From: the human T2T-CHM13v2.0 reference genome, Homo sapiens
Assembly: GCF_009914755.1 (NCBI RefSeq)
Contig: NC_060928.1
Direction: 5' to 3' (one strand)
DNA length: 64,000 nt
In this document: positions 16,600 to 31,921 of the stretch, in pieces
Numbering within the stretch: the first letter of the stretch is position 1
Layout: every line of letters begins with the position of its first letter
Made by a program: the position numbers and the translations under genes
Notes under the pieces: generated by a model
The model's database searches: none
What the model was told of the DNA's origin: nothing
The model's input: the letters and a program-made list of their open reading frames with translations, nothing else

Positions 16600-17105
16600 A
16601 AAGGGAGGTAAAAGAAGAAGTGGTGTAAGGGGAGAAAGTTCCCTCTAACAATACTGGACGAAGAAGGATATCTAAGCTGAAAACTAAAGGATGAGAAAAA
16701 ACAAAGAACCAGGGGAACACCACACTAGGAAGAAAGTAAAAAGACCCTAGCTAGAAAGTCTGCATGTTTCAAAACAAGGAGGGTCAGTGCTACTAGACGA
16801 CAGTCAAGGAACTAGAAGGGCTGGAACAACAAGGAGCAGCCATACAAAGTTCTGTGGGGCAAGTTAGGAGTTTGGATTTTATTCTAAAAGCAATGAGAAA
16901 TCAAATAACAATGACATTTCAGAAAGATTAGCCTAATGCTACGTGAAGAATGAATGAAGAATGGGGATTCAGGAGAAAAAGCCAGGAGATCAAATTAGGA
17001 GGCTACTATGAAGTTCAAGTAAGAAAATAGCCAGGGTTAAGGCGATGGTAGTGGAGAAGGAGAGAAGGAGAAAAATTCAAGACATATTTTGGAGGTAGAA
17101 TGGAC
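16600..17105. mobile_element. L2 remnant
   Basis: ggagtttggattttattctaaaagcaatgag..agacatattttggaggtagaa L2 signature. Confidence 0.7.
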
Positions 17106-17537
17106 CTCTCCTAGTCTACCTCCTACATAGGGTGGAGAAACATGACCTAGTCCTAAACAAAGCATCTTTTTCCTTAGTGATAGTGGCTGGTTCAAGAATG
17201 GACACATGACCAAAGCTTGGCCCACAAGATTATTTCAGGAACCAGGAATGACTTTCATTCTTGTTTTGGTAGTCATAAGGACAATATAATCATAGAATTG
17301 TATCAATATAAAACATTAATTACCCTCCAATATCCACAGTCCCCTTCTTTTAGCAAAAGACTACTTCTCCACAAGTTTTACCTGGGTACATGGCCACTCA
17401 GCAAGAGCTGAGTCTTAGATATGGCTGCGTAAGAAATTTCTGGTCAATGGGATATAATGGAAAATGACGTTGGCAACTTGTTGGTCAATTCCTCAAAAGG
17501 AAGTTACCTATGCTGACCTTTCTGTTTCTTATTTCTC

Positions 17538-17946
17538 CAGTATTAGTTTACTAGCGCTACCATAACAAAATACCATAGACTGGGTAGTTTAAACAACAGA
17601 TATTTATTTTCTCACAGTTCTGGAGACTGTAAGTCCAAGATCTGGGTGTCTGCAGATTTGTTTCTCCTGAGGCCTCTCTCCTTGGCTTACAGATGACCAC
17701 CTTCTTGCTGTATCCCCACATGGCCTTTTCTCTGTGGGCATGTATCTCCGGTGTCCTGTGTTCAAATGTCCTCTTTTTATAAGTACATCAGTCAGATGGA
17801 TTAAGGCCCACTCATATGACCTGATTGAACCTTAATTACATTTTTAAAGGACTTATCTCCAAGTACAATCACATTCTGAAATACTTGGGGTTAGGGCTTC
17901 AAAATATTAATATTAATGTTGGGGACACACAGTTCAGCCCATAACA
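17538..17946 (-). mobile_element. MLT1A/B LTR
   Basis: tattagtt..ccataacaaaatacc..ctcacagttctggag..cagcccataaca. Confidence 0.85.
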
Positions 17947-18008
17947 GGCTGAAACATGGACATGATGCTAGTGAGCCACAGTAGATCTTGTAGATGAACA
18001 CTCCAAAG

Positions 18009-18202
18009 CAGAGCTGTCCAATAAAACTTTCTGTGATGGAAATATTCTACATATGCACTCTCCAATATGGTAGCCACTAGCTACATGTAATATTTAAATT
18101 AAAAATTAAAAAAAATTTAACTCAAATCCTTAGATGCGCTAGCCACATTTCAAGAGCTCAGCAGCAACCTGTGGCTAGTGGCTACAGTATTGGACAGCAC
18201 TG
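18009..18202. mobile_element. MER3-like hAT-Charlie MITE
   Basis: TIRs cagagctgtccaata / tattggacagcactg. Confidence 0.85.
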
Positions 18203-18858
18203 ATTAAGGGATGGTGTATCAAGTGCAAGACAGCAGATACTTAGATGTGTGAATAACCTGAAGGTCTACCTCTGGAGTAGCACATAAAAGAATAACAAAC
18301 TTCTATCTTGCCTGATGTGTTCTGGAGTCTCTTTGTTCAAATGATCCATCCTATACCTTAACTAATACAGTTAATTGGAAATGACACGCTGCTCTAACAA
18401 ACTCCTAAAATCTCTGGTAAGGCTTAGAGAACAGGTAGCAAGGAAACATCTCAGGCTGGAGATCTAATGATCTGTGCTATACAGTTGCAGAACATTTAGT
18501 AAAACTCTTGCCTGCAATAATTGGAAGGGCACATCATATGCCTACTAAGTTTGTAGTTCTAAGAAAAGCAGTTAGAAAAACTCGAAATATGGTGTGTTGG
18601 CTATTTAAAGATCAACAAGAAAGATCAATTCACCTATAAAGCAGTTTGCAAGCAGAGACAGACATGAAAACAGTGCTACTAAAAAGAAGCTTTCTCAGTG
18701 GCAAACTCCGACCTACAAGAGTCCAGTAATTTGGGGCCTCCCAGGATGGAAAAGGCAGCTGCTTCTGTGCTCTAAATACCAGGAAATAACTTTGTGAGTT
18801 CAAGGGTTCTCTGTCAGGTAGTAGCAAAGATCAAGTTAAGAGTGTTGCTTTTCCACCT

Positions 18859-19335
18859 GTAATGGTTTCTTCTAGAAAGAAGACAGGACAGCAGACATTT
18901 TGTAGCACAAATACCTTCTCTCAATTATTCAGTCAAATGCTAATCTAGGTACTGCTGTGAGGGGATTTTGCAGATGTAATTGAAGTTCCTAATCAACTGA
19001 CTTTAAGCCAGGGTGATCATCCTCAGTGAGCCTGACCTAGTCAGGTGAGCTCTTAAAAGAGATCAGGTTCTTCCGAGCAAATGAGACTCCAAACAGCAGC
19101 TGAGTCTACAATTGTTCTCTCTTCGCTGTATCTTCCCTTCCTGACTGCCTATGGAGAACAGCTTCAGCCTAAGCCCATGGATTCCACCTTGCCCACAATC
19201 TTCTCCCACTAACTGCCTGCCGTACAGATTTCACACTTGCTTAGCCAGCCCTCACAATCATGTAAGCCAAATTCCTTGTAATAAATCTCTTAATACATAA
19301 CAATCATATATAAATCTACTTGCTCTGCTTCTCTG
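18859..19335 (+). mobile_element. MLT2-like ERVL LTR
   Basis: aatctaggtactgctgtgaggggattttgcagatgtaatt..aataaatctc..ctgataca. Confidence 0.75.
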
Positions 19336-20689
19336 GTTAAACCCTTACTGATACATCATCCAAGACTATTATTTCAGATCCTCTCGAGGTAGCCAGGAAA
19401 CCTAAGGGAGAGAGGAGCTAGCCTAGCACAGAGACCAGTAAATAAGAGAATCAGCTGGTTTCCAAAACTTAGGACTAAGAGATATTTTGCTATAGTTATT
19501 GTTACATAGTCCCGATCTAAGAAAAACAGAAAAGAAATCTATTATGTTTTTGAAAGAGTTTTACCAACAAACTACATTACTGGCCTAAAAATCTTACACT
19601 TGAACTTTAAGTAACCCTACCGGCCCTGCATCTATACCAACAGGTAGGGGGCTACAAAAGTTGTACACTTCCTAGGGATGTCACACCCTCCAATGCCTAC
19701 TACTTCAAATGTGGCTAAGGAAGATAACAAACAAGAAAGAATCATCTAAAGAACTAAGCAAAGGAAACAGACAGCAGTGAAAAGAGCATTCCTCTCATAG
19801 AGGAAAATCAGTATAACCAAGAAAATTACTCAGTAGCCAGAGCAAAGTTGTCACAACTCCTCCCCCGAAGGATTTCATTATTAATATGTACCAATGACTG
19901 CTGTGTACTTCCTATTCTTCCCTTCTCTAGAAGAGTTTTCATTATGATTATCCTATTCCTACTCACTACTACACAATGGGTTGGGTGAAAAGAGGGAGAG
20001 ATAGTTGTTTATTGCTTTATAGATCACTAGAATTCTCTGAATTAGGAGGAAAAGCATTTTGTATATATCTTTCACTTGGAGCTGTATGTAGTAACTGGAT
20101 GGGACTTTGAATTGATTCTCTTGAGGAAAGAAACAATTAGGTGTTGGAAGAAAGGTTTGCACAAATGGTAGGTGGCCAGAAGGGTGAGCCCAATTCTCAA
20201 AAAAAACAAAGGTTTAGGTTGGAGCTGTAAACCTGATAGTCACTGGTATATAGATATGTAACGACACAATAGTTAAAATCATCTAAATGAGACCAGACAC
20301 AAAACAGAAAAGGGTCCAATGAGGTAAATAATCAAAGTATGTTTGCTGTGCGGGGTAAAAGGAAGCAAGATGACCAACAAAAAACAGTGAGGTACAAACA
20401 GGAGAAGGTGGTATTACATGAGGAAGAGAGGATTACATTTTAAGAAGCAAGAATCAGTCAACTGCTATAAAAAGGAGTAAATAAGAAACAGACACAAGAA
20501 TTAAATACTATATCCAAAAAGAGATCCATGTATCTTTGAAAAACAAAGTACAAAGAAAAATTTCTAAGAATTGTTAAATACTGGAGTGAGGAAGTTCTCC
20601 AGAAGTCATAAAAGAATAATACATTTTACTAAACAATAAATTTTTCCATGTTGTGAAAACAATGTCAAGGGAGAATACTGTAACACATA

Positions 20690-21300
20690 ACACTATGAAA
20701 AATTAATACTATAAATACTATCAACAAATCAATAAGAAAACAACAAGACAATCCTAATAGAAAAATAGGTAAAGGATAAACCAGGAAATTTTCAAGACAT
20801 CCAAATGAAAAACAAAGATTAAAAAACTTATACTCAATGTTGACAGTAATCAGAAAAATGAAAACAAAACACCATTTTTTGTTTAACAGATTTTTAAAAC
20901 TAAGTAAATTAACCACATCTAGGAACATTCTCATACACTGCTGATGCAAGCAAAACTTGAGAGTATTTATCAAATTTAACATGTGCATACTCTAGCCCAA
21001 CAATTCCATTTCCAGGAATCCATCCCAAAGAAATAGTTTCATACTCAAAAATAACTGTACAAGGATGTTCACTTCACTAATAGCAATGTAGTGAAAACAA
21101 TCTAAATGTCTACCAAAATAAAAGATCAAATAAATTATGAACATTTATATTATGGAACATTCATAAGTAAATGAGAATAATGTGGCAAATATTAACATAC
21201 TCTAACACACACACACACGCACTCAGTCTCAAGAAAGAAACAAACATTTGATATACACCAACTGTTAGCAGCATTTACTCTAAGAATGGAATAAAAAGCC
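20690..21300 (+). mobile_element. L1ME-like 3' remnant
   Basis: ccaacaattccatttccaggaat..aaggatgttca signatures. Confidence 0.6.
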
Positions 21301-23220
21301 CTATATACTAGAAGACATTTTTGTAAGTATAAATACCGTCATTAGTTTTTATTTTTAAATATATAAAAATCATAATCTGAAGACTCATCTCTTCAATTGA
21401 TATATTTGAAGAAAGCTCATCAATAAAAATTTCAGCAAGCAAAATTTCTAAGTGGTACCTCTGCTCTTTGTGATAATTTCACTACAACATAACAAGGAAA
21501 AAGAATGAAAAGACGTATTTCAGGTAATGATTAATTCTGAAGACAGAATAATAGGTGATTTTTCTATTCTTTAGATCTTTTTGAGTTTGTCAAGTTTTCT
21601 GCAAATATGTGTTTCTACAAATAGGTATAAATTAATGAATAACATTTAATTATATGTAACGCTATATTTAAAATCTTAAGAATTTTCATCCTACACTGTC
21701 TTGTAATTCAATCTTCATATTTTAACATATCTCCACCTGCATCAATCACAAGTATATTAATATAGATACTCTCCTTTCTTACTATAAAACCTTCAAGGTA
21801 AAATTAGAATGGATGACTCTTTAGTATAATCTAGTTGTCAAGGACACTCTAGAAAAATCGTACATACAGACCTCATCTTAAGAACAAACAAAATATCAAA
21901 AATCACTGAGTATTCCAGGAGACACTCATAAAAGATATAAAGTCTACCCTACTAGTATTCAAAAACCAAAACAAAATGATCCCTATGATCATAAGGCACA
22001 CAGTTACACCAAAAATGAACATAGATGCCCCAAAAAAGTATAGGATTTATACGGGGCTAAAATCATCTTCACAGTTTTAAATTATTACTAGTTTTATCTC
22101 AACAAAATTTAAATTTTATGAATCTAGAAATAATGTCCCCATTTCTTCAAAACCCTTATAATACCTAGGTAATTTTGCTAGATGTTAATAATGCTTCTTA
22201 AATAAATTTAGTTCAGAGAGTATACTAATAGTGATAAAACTATTAGCTAATAATCATAGCTAATAAGATTAGATAATAGCTAATAATCACGTGGAAAACT
22301 GAATTCTATCATTGTGCTAAGTTTCAATGTATGTAAGTTTTACTAACTACAATATGTACAAATTAACTTATTCATATTTAACATATACAGCTATAATTTT
22401 AAATATAATTTTTTTTCATATTCACTGGGAAGGAAATAGTTCAGATTAGACAATGAAAACAGCCACACATAGGAGATAATAAATGTTTGTCAGGTAAAAG
22501 AATTAACTCCTGTAGGAGTTAATTCTAGTATGTGCTATACTAGAGGCTTTGAAACAAGACTGTTTTCATTATTAATGCCATTAAAAAAATAAACATGGCA
22601 CAGAGAAAGAAAGAGACAACAATGGGGTCAAAGGCATTTCTAACACTAACTGTAACACAAACAGGTGGGCTTCCTTTTCTTGTCAATCTTCACATTTAGG
22701 TTGACAGGAAAAGAGGGAAAGGAAAATAGATCTCTATGGTAACATATATTTATTCTAAATTCCAAACTAATGGAACCAACCTTTCCATAGATACTTCCAA
22801 AATAGGTTTCAATCAAATGTTTTTAAGCTAATTAAGAGATGATCCATAAAGAAACCCAGACCAAGAAATAACTTTAGAGCAGGTTCTTATTTCTTCACTT
22901 TCGTATTTTTCTTTTCTATTCCTTTCTTTTGTGGGGGAAGATGGGGATAAAAAAAGTGAAAGGTTAAATTAGGCAAGCTAATAGTATTTTTGGGAAAAGG
23001 AAAGGGGGAGGCAAAATTCCCTGCAAGAGAGGCACAGCCATAAAGTAGTTCCATAAATGTGCCATTTCTACAATGTACTTTCAAATAATCTCAAGAAATA
23101 AAAAATGAATTTATTTTCTAAACTGAAATAGCACTATCTGGTACACATTATGATTTTCTCTACCTTATAAGTCAGTTTGAGTATGAAGTAATAAGCAATA
23201 AGAATATACTTAAGTAAAAT

Positions 23221-23549
<329 letters not shown>

Positions 23550-23966
23550 TTAAGTAAAATCTACAGTCCTCCTCAATCATGGATTCCATCTCTAGCCCTA
23601 CCATCATTTTTAAACTATCCCTCTCTAGACCTCGTTTTAGTCATCATTTTCATGGTACAGCAGCCAAAAATATACATAATCTATTTTGTGCAGATGTAGC
23701 ATAGCATTATTTAAAATGAGAATTATGATTCTGGTTATCGCCAACGCCTTAACTTCACCCTACATTATACTAAGCTTTTACCAAAAAAGCATGCTGTATT
23801 TCAGATCATTTACTCAAAACACATTTTTTTTACCCTTGACGCATAAAAACCTATTTAATATTTTTCAATTTATTCCCAATAATCTTGTTTCCCATTCTTA
23901 TCAGCATAATTCACTATGATCAGCAAGCTTTGAGAAATTTCACCATATATCAAAATTGTTTATAAA

Positions 23967-24272
23967 GGCTGCGCACAGTAGCTCACATCTGCAAGCCCAG
24001 CACTTTGGGGGCCAAGGCGGGCGGATCACTTGGAGCCGGGAGTTTGCGACCAGCCGGGCAAACATGGTGAAACCCTAACTCTAATAAAAATACAAAACAA
24101 TTAGCCAGGCGCAGTGGCTCACGCTGCAACTCCAGATACTCAGGAAGGTGAGATGAGAATTGCTTGAACCCGGGAGGTGGAGGTTGCAGTGAGCCGAGAG
24201 CACGCCACTGCACTCCAGCATAGATGACCTTGTCTCAAAAAAAAAAAAAAAAAAAAAAAAACAGAAAAAAAG
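23967..24272 (+). mobile_element. Alu
   Basis: Full dimer with long A tail. Confidence 0.95.
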
Positions 24273-24328
24273 AGTTGTTTTTAAAGACACTAATAATGGC
24301 TCCAATAGGAATTCCTCAAGTACTGTAA

Positions 24329-24535
<207 letters not shown>

Positions 24536-24631
24536 CACTCTGATGTTTCAAATGTAAAATCTTTACATTTCCTTCTCCCCACTCTCTTTTATCTCTAGTC
24601 TCACTCAGAAGTAAACTTAAAAACTAACCCC

Positions 24632-24765
24632 AGGCTGGATGCAGTAGCTCACGCCTATAATCCCACAGCATTTTGGGAGCCTGCGGCAGGAGGATCACTT
24701 GAAGCCAGGAGTTCAAGACCAGCCTGGGCAACAAAGTGAGACGCCATCTCTACACACACACAAAA
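24632..24765 (+). mobile_element. FLAM / Alu left monomer
   Basis: ggctggatgcagtagctcacgcc..agcctgggcaac. Confidence 0.85.
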
Positions 24766-26709
24766 AGTTGACTCCTTTAAAAGATCATGTAATGTTTATG
24801 AGTTTCACAGGACAGAAGGCAGTCTAAGTTATGCTTTCAATAATTAGAGCTATATTATTTGAAGTTTCATAGCATGCTTGGGGAAAATAACAGTTAACAT
24901 TTCCCTTTTCAATAACTGAAACCCCAAATTATAAATCATTATAAAAATGATACCTATATTGTCCCACAACTCTACATCCCTTCAGGAATGAATAATAATA
25001 ATTTCTAAAGACAAAAAAATGTTAAGAAGTGAAGCACTGTTAAGTCAGAAAGGGTATTTTGCTTCTGGGTAAGAAGTGGATGGACATAACTGTACCAGAT
25101 AGGTAAGATTCAAGGGACTAGAAGGGTATTCGTATTTACCCACCACCTTCAATTCCCTAATGACTTACTTTTTTTTTTTTTTGAAAAGATGAAAGCTGAA
25201 AAAAGTTAGGTTTGGTGTAGGTTACACCATGGATGTTGGTGCCTCCTACTGGTCCTAACAAAAATATAAGTGGTACCAGCAGGCACTACTTCGCATACCA
25301 ATGTGAAGTAAAAATTCCCTTTCATCTGTGGTCAAGTATGGAAAAATTATGAAGGTCCTCATTAAATCCACATTTTTTAACCCATTAAATTATCCTTATA
25401 AAAATTCAGATAAACTACTGTCATAAATGCAACTGCACTGCCTCAAGGACCTAAAAACTGTTTTCCTAATCAACTAGATGGCATAATCAGGTAACAGCAG
25501 AAACAGATAGTCTAGTGAATTTCCGAGAGTCAAAATATGCTACTTTGATGCTTATTAAACACTGAAAACTTTCACAATACTAACTCCAGTTAAGTTGGTG
25601 AGGTTAAAAATGACTAAACTAAAAATAATGGTTCAATTAAAACATCCCACAGGGATCTACTGTAAATAATAGCTGCAACCAAGTTCTGTTACCTCAAGAC
25701 TTGAAGTCCCAAAGATTTCCCACAGTAGGTGGCTAATAAAGAAATATTTATGAGTTATTCTTACTACAGAGATGGGACTTCATGAGAACCTAGCAGAGAT
25801 ACAAAGACTTACATAAGACACATGGTACTGTATAGCAGGAGATATACAGATGAGTAAGACAAGGCTTTTGCTTTCAGATATGACAGTCCACAGCACACAA
25901 TGTAAACTGCTTCATTAATTAAAGGGCAAAACATGAAGATATAAGAGAAAAGAGAGTAGGCATAAGGCTGGTTTACCAGAAAGATGTGATCAATCTTGGA
26001 CCCACTATTTCACAAATAAGCCTTCTTTGTTACCACATCATCTGCTTAGTTAGAAGCAGTTTCCAAACTCTTAATAATCCAAATAAATGACCAAATTCCC
26101 CACTAAATCTGTAGTGAGAATGTTTCAAAGTAACAAGGTAGGAGGGAGAGGGTGGGGGTCACAGAACTCTTTGAGGATCTAATGAAAATCCTGCACATAT
26201 GGGGCTAGAGCAGAAAGGAAGAAAAATAAAGCCTTATAAGCACCTTCAACAAAATCTTTTGTTTAATATCAGAGGATTCACAGCCTAGCCAGACCCCAAG
26301 TTAACAATCTCTATTTAAAAGAAACATTTTTTTTTTCAAATTAATAAGGAGAGATTACCTTGAAAAGTAAATATTTTGAAAGGCAAGGAATAAGTGGTAA
26401 ATCGCCTCTAGAAAGGGTGGTTTTTCAGTATGAAGTTTTCATCTTGTTAACAACTTAATTCTAGGTGGTGGGAATATGGATTATTTTTCTATACTTTTCT
26501 GTATTTCTTGCTTTCTTTTTCTTTAGTGAGTTTTTCAGAAGAACTGGAAAGAAAACTTGGGGTGACCAACTTGTCTTCAATGGCCGTCCAACTGCAAAAA
26601 AGCGTCTCCCCTTATACAAGCCGAATGTGCCAATATCTGAAATATGGTACTCAACACCATACAGCATAACAGAGCATGTGAATGAGTGAGAGAATAAATG
26701 AATGAATGA

Positions 26710-27335
26710 GGAGGCGTAGAATCTAACAGTCCCAGGTTCAATCCCATTCTGACATTTATTAGCTATGTGACCCTGATGAGGTTGCCTAAAATCCTTCTAT
26801 GCCAGTATGTTTACCTGTAAAATGAATGCTCCCTGCCAACATTTGTATACTTTGAAACTCACACATTATTCAAGATGTACATTTAACCACTTAAGCTCAC
26901 TCTCACACCTCCCCAAACTTATAATATTTATTCATTGGTGTATTTTTAAATCAAGGTGACTTACAAGTTTTGTTCACCATTGCTCACGCAGTACAGCACA
27001 ATACCTAGCACATAGTAGGAACTCCAAACATTTATTGAATAATGAAAGAAATATAGCAGCACCTACTTCATAGGGTTATGGCAAGAATAAAATGAGAATA
27101 CGAGAAAATTGTATTAACTCATTTAACTCTCATAACAATGTTATAAGGTAGAATCTACTATCATTACCATTTATACCATTTACATGAGGAAATTGCAGTA
27201 GAGATTTAAAAACTCGGCCAAGGTCACAATGCTAGTAAATGATGGATCAAGGATTTAAATCCAAGCTCCAAAATCCATACTTTTAACCTTTACCTAGACT
27301 TCACAAACAGTAGGTACTGAATAAGTATTCATTTT
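26710..27335. mobile_element. MIR/L2 fragment cluster
   Basis: agctatgtgacc, cctagcacatagtagg, ccaaggtcaca signatures. Confidence 0.6.
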
Positions 27336-28115
27336 TATTTACTCTTTAAAAATTTTAGGAGGCTTAAGGTACTTACCAGGCATTCATCAATTCCTATTAG
27401 TTTAACTGGCTCTCCCCTTAATACTTAGAGAAGATCATCATCACTACGAAAAGGAATTAAGAAATTGGAAAATGTTGAAATCTGAACTTCAGCTATTCAG
27501 AAGCCCTGGATCCAAGAAGGGAAGAATTTCCATTCCTTCTCTTCTTTCCCTAAATGAATGCTGAATCCTCCCTAAGTACTAGTTATTCACTAAAAATGTT
27601 TTGTTTTTTTCTAGTACTGTGCTTAAGCAGGAGAGAAGACAAGATAAATTATAATTAAGACAGACTACTGCTTCAAAGATCTTAAAATCTAGTTTACAAA
27701 TACTGCTACATCAATTAAGAGATGAAACAAGCAAGCTTCTCTGGGCTAATCTAGGATTCTAAGCATTACAAAAAAGGAATTTAGATAGCACTTTTCCAAT
27801 AAAAAACAAACAAGAATATTTCCAAATGAAGCTGAACACAGCCTAATTCTGAAATATTTTTTCTTTCTCCCTCATTTTCAACTCTCTTTTTCTGTCTGTA
27901 AACAGATCCTCCCTGGCCTTGCAAATCCTTTCAATACTAAGTCAGTACTAATTTATTTACCGGCTCCCTTTGTCTAAAATTTCTTCACTAGGTTTATCTC
28001 TTGATTTAGTCACAGGTTACTTACAAAAACAGATGAAATTCTGATCAACTCCTACTGTATTTATACTTTAAGCATCTTCAACAAAAATGTTTCTCACCCT
28101 TTGAATTCTGCCTTA

Positions 28116-28451
<336 letters not shown>

Positions 28452-29373
28452 TCAGTCATATTCAAAAATGCATTCAATAGAATGCAATGTTATTTCTAAA
28501 ATAAAGTATCAACTCTTGAAATTATAAGATTTTTTTCTTGTAATAGTCAAAAGCAATTTAATTAATTTTGTCCACTAATTTGAAAGAGCATCATGGCTTT
28601 TATGTTAGAAAATATATTTGTATTTTCCATATTGGTCAGTCACTCACTGAAAACCAAGAAAATTATGCATTTTCAATTTTAAATGTAAGATTTTGTGTCA
28701 AATAGATGGGGAGAGGGAGGCAAGTAGCTCTTGGTCTTATTTGTTTCCAGGTATACCCGAAGTTATGCAAATTATCTAAGACGTGATTACCCTATTCTGA
28801 AATACTTTAAAGTAAAATCCTATTCTCAATAACCTACTCCAATGTCTAGAAATTATATTCTTATTGTTCAACAATTAAATGAAGCTCTTATTTGAATTGA
28901 TTCTCGTTTCCTTCCATTTTTCCTCTTTTGGCAGATACAGAGATTATTCAGATAGCATTTCTTTATAGCAAAGCTATGTATTTTTGTTAAATTAAAGTTA
29001 TCCTTTCAGGTTAAATACCACAAAACCATAACCTTTCACATTCCTTTTTAATCTTTTGATGATTTTTACTGGAAGGATAATTTTAAAGATCATTTTATCT
29101 ACTTTTTTTTATTGTGTAGCCTATAACAGAATGAATTAGAGAAAAGACAACACTGTGATTTTAGCCACAAGACTTCCTAGCTCCAGAAAGTTAGGCTTCT
29201 GCTGACATGTCAGTAAAATGGTAATTAAGAGAAAAACATTACACAACTCACCCATTTAGCTTACAGTTTTATTTGTCTTTACTTTGATCAAAAGATGAAG
29301 ATGGGGCAGAGACAATCTGTACTCCTTTTTGTCTGCTCATCCCTCATCTGTATAGATTTTTTAAATGGGTACA

Positions 29374-29671
<298 letters not shown>

Positions 29672-31921
29672 AATGGGCACACTTTCTTACACGTATTTCT
29701 CCTGACTCATCTTCATAAATGACAAACCCATTGTTTAACACCATGTAAAAGACAGGATAAGGTATGTTAAAAACATAGAAATACTACCATAGTTGGTGAA
29801 AGTCAACATAACCATTCCTATATTACAAAAGGAAAACAAACCTGACCCACAAAATAAACATACCTACAAACTTACAGCCATTCTTCATGATTTAAGGAAT
29901 TACTAAAAGTTCTGCTTATTAGGCCGCATTCCAATGGACAAAACTACCTAGGTATGTTAAGTTTGCAGCAGAATATCCCAGTAAGTACTGCATTCAACTA
30001 TCATAACCTTGCTCTAAACCAGAGCTTAATAGTTTCACGAGAATTTAAAATTTTAAGTAATGGTATTTTGCCTATAGCTGCATGATTGTGTTACCTTGCT
30101 ATTCAGTAACTATTTTTCTGAATGATATCAGGAGGGTGATAAAAGGAAATAAATTATTATTAAAAAGTGTACAGGTCTGAGACATTAGAAAACTTTGATT
30201 TGTACTTTTGCTACTACCCACCACAACCACTTTCCTCTAAACCTTGTTTTCCTCCTTTTTAAAATAAAGGGCTGAATTACCTGTAAAATGTTTCTCACCT
30301 TTGAGAAGAATCATACAATTGAATGATTCTAAGTACCATAACAAATTTTATTAGGGATAAGGACCCCATTACATCTTTCTCTTCCTTGTTTCAAATGCCG
30401 CCAGAGCAACACACTATCCTAAACATCCAAGTAGGCCAATATAAGTCTATCAATACAAACCTATTCTCAGAATCCAACAGGCTAAAAGGGAATAAAAACA
30501 AGGACTGGCATATTTTTGTCATACATACTTCAGCACTTAATATCTCTACCTATACAACTTCATCCAGTCTGAGATAAAAGAGAATCTGGTCTTCTACAAA
30601 TAGACATGTGTCAAATCCTTTAAAAGGTACTTCTCTATTTCAACAGAGACCAGGATTCAATAATTCCAATTTTCGGAAAACCAGACTTGCATCAAAATAA
30701 GTTCCATGTTTGTGGAAGAGAATAAATAGTAAGTGGTACTTTTAGATGAATCACTTGGTCTCCTCTTAGAACTAAGTTTAAAATCAGCCTTTAAAGCTGT
30801 TTTCCCTCTGCTGATAAAGATTTCCCTCTCCAAATAAAGATTTTTCTAGATTCTATTTCAGGAAGGAGACAAGAGAGTGGTAAAACAGCTAATAACTAGT
30901 AAAGCTAACTCTCAGTTGGTTGTCAGTATGGTATGTTTTACTGAGCCTTTGGGTTGTAAGGGCTTCTGTGAGGAATAAGGTCCTGCAACGCCGCCTGTCT
31001 GTGGACCCAGGAAAAATTATAAAGTTATTATGAAACCAGATCACTAGGACAAACCGAGAGGCCTTCCTATTCCAACTCACCACAACCAGGCCTGGCTCCA
31101 AAGCCTACCCTTTGGCTGTCCCATATTACGGGACAACAGGTCCTAGCTTAATTCTAACTCACTAAGGAAACATTCGAAGGCATGTATGTATGTACGTGTA
31201 AGGATCAAATATATTTTTCATCCACTTACAAATGTATATGGTCATTTGTAATTATTTAAAGTTACTGATAAATTTATACAAATACAGCATCAGTTCATCG
31301 AAAATCCCTGGGAGATCGAGGAAATGAAGTTACTTCAGCAGCCAGGATAGTTACGAAAAACCCTGCAGAACAGTATGGAAAAGTACAGCTTCTCACGTGT
31401 CCCTCACATACACAAACACTTAGCTCTGAGTCCATTACAACCTTACGTCCCCCCTCAAACTGCTCCCCTCCACCTCACAACTGGGAGAAGTTGATCAACC
31501 TCCTAGTTGGTCCCCAAGAGACTCATTTACCCATTATTTTACTCCTCCCGCTTTGATCCCGATCCCGCCTCAGACTAAGGTGGCCCTACTGGCCCCAGGC
31601 AGACCACCCCCCCACCCCCCGGCGTGCAAACAGGGAATCTAACCAATTCCCTCCATCCTTAACCAAGTGAGCCATCCCATGATAACAGGCTGTTCACCAA
31701 CTCTGTGAACTCCGTGGTCCTCCCACCCCCACGTGTCAGCTACCCTCCCCCACATTCCCACACCTCACGATTTAGGCCGAGGGAAGAAAGGGGGCAGTCG
31801 AAAGCCTGGCCCCTAAGAGATCAACCCACTGGAATCTGTCCCACTCCAAATCCCCTCCCACCTTCGGCCCCTATCCCTTACAGTCCCTTCCTCCCTCCTT
31901 CCTTTGAAACCAGGCCCTTGC

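Larger units (their letters stand above)
17310..20190 (+). mobile_element. Old MaLR (MLT1-type) LTR plus internal sequence carrying nested insertions
   Basis: LTR ends ...taactaataca at 18369; internal sequence shares gtaaaact(c)ttgcctgcaataat with 35602. Confidence 0.55.
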
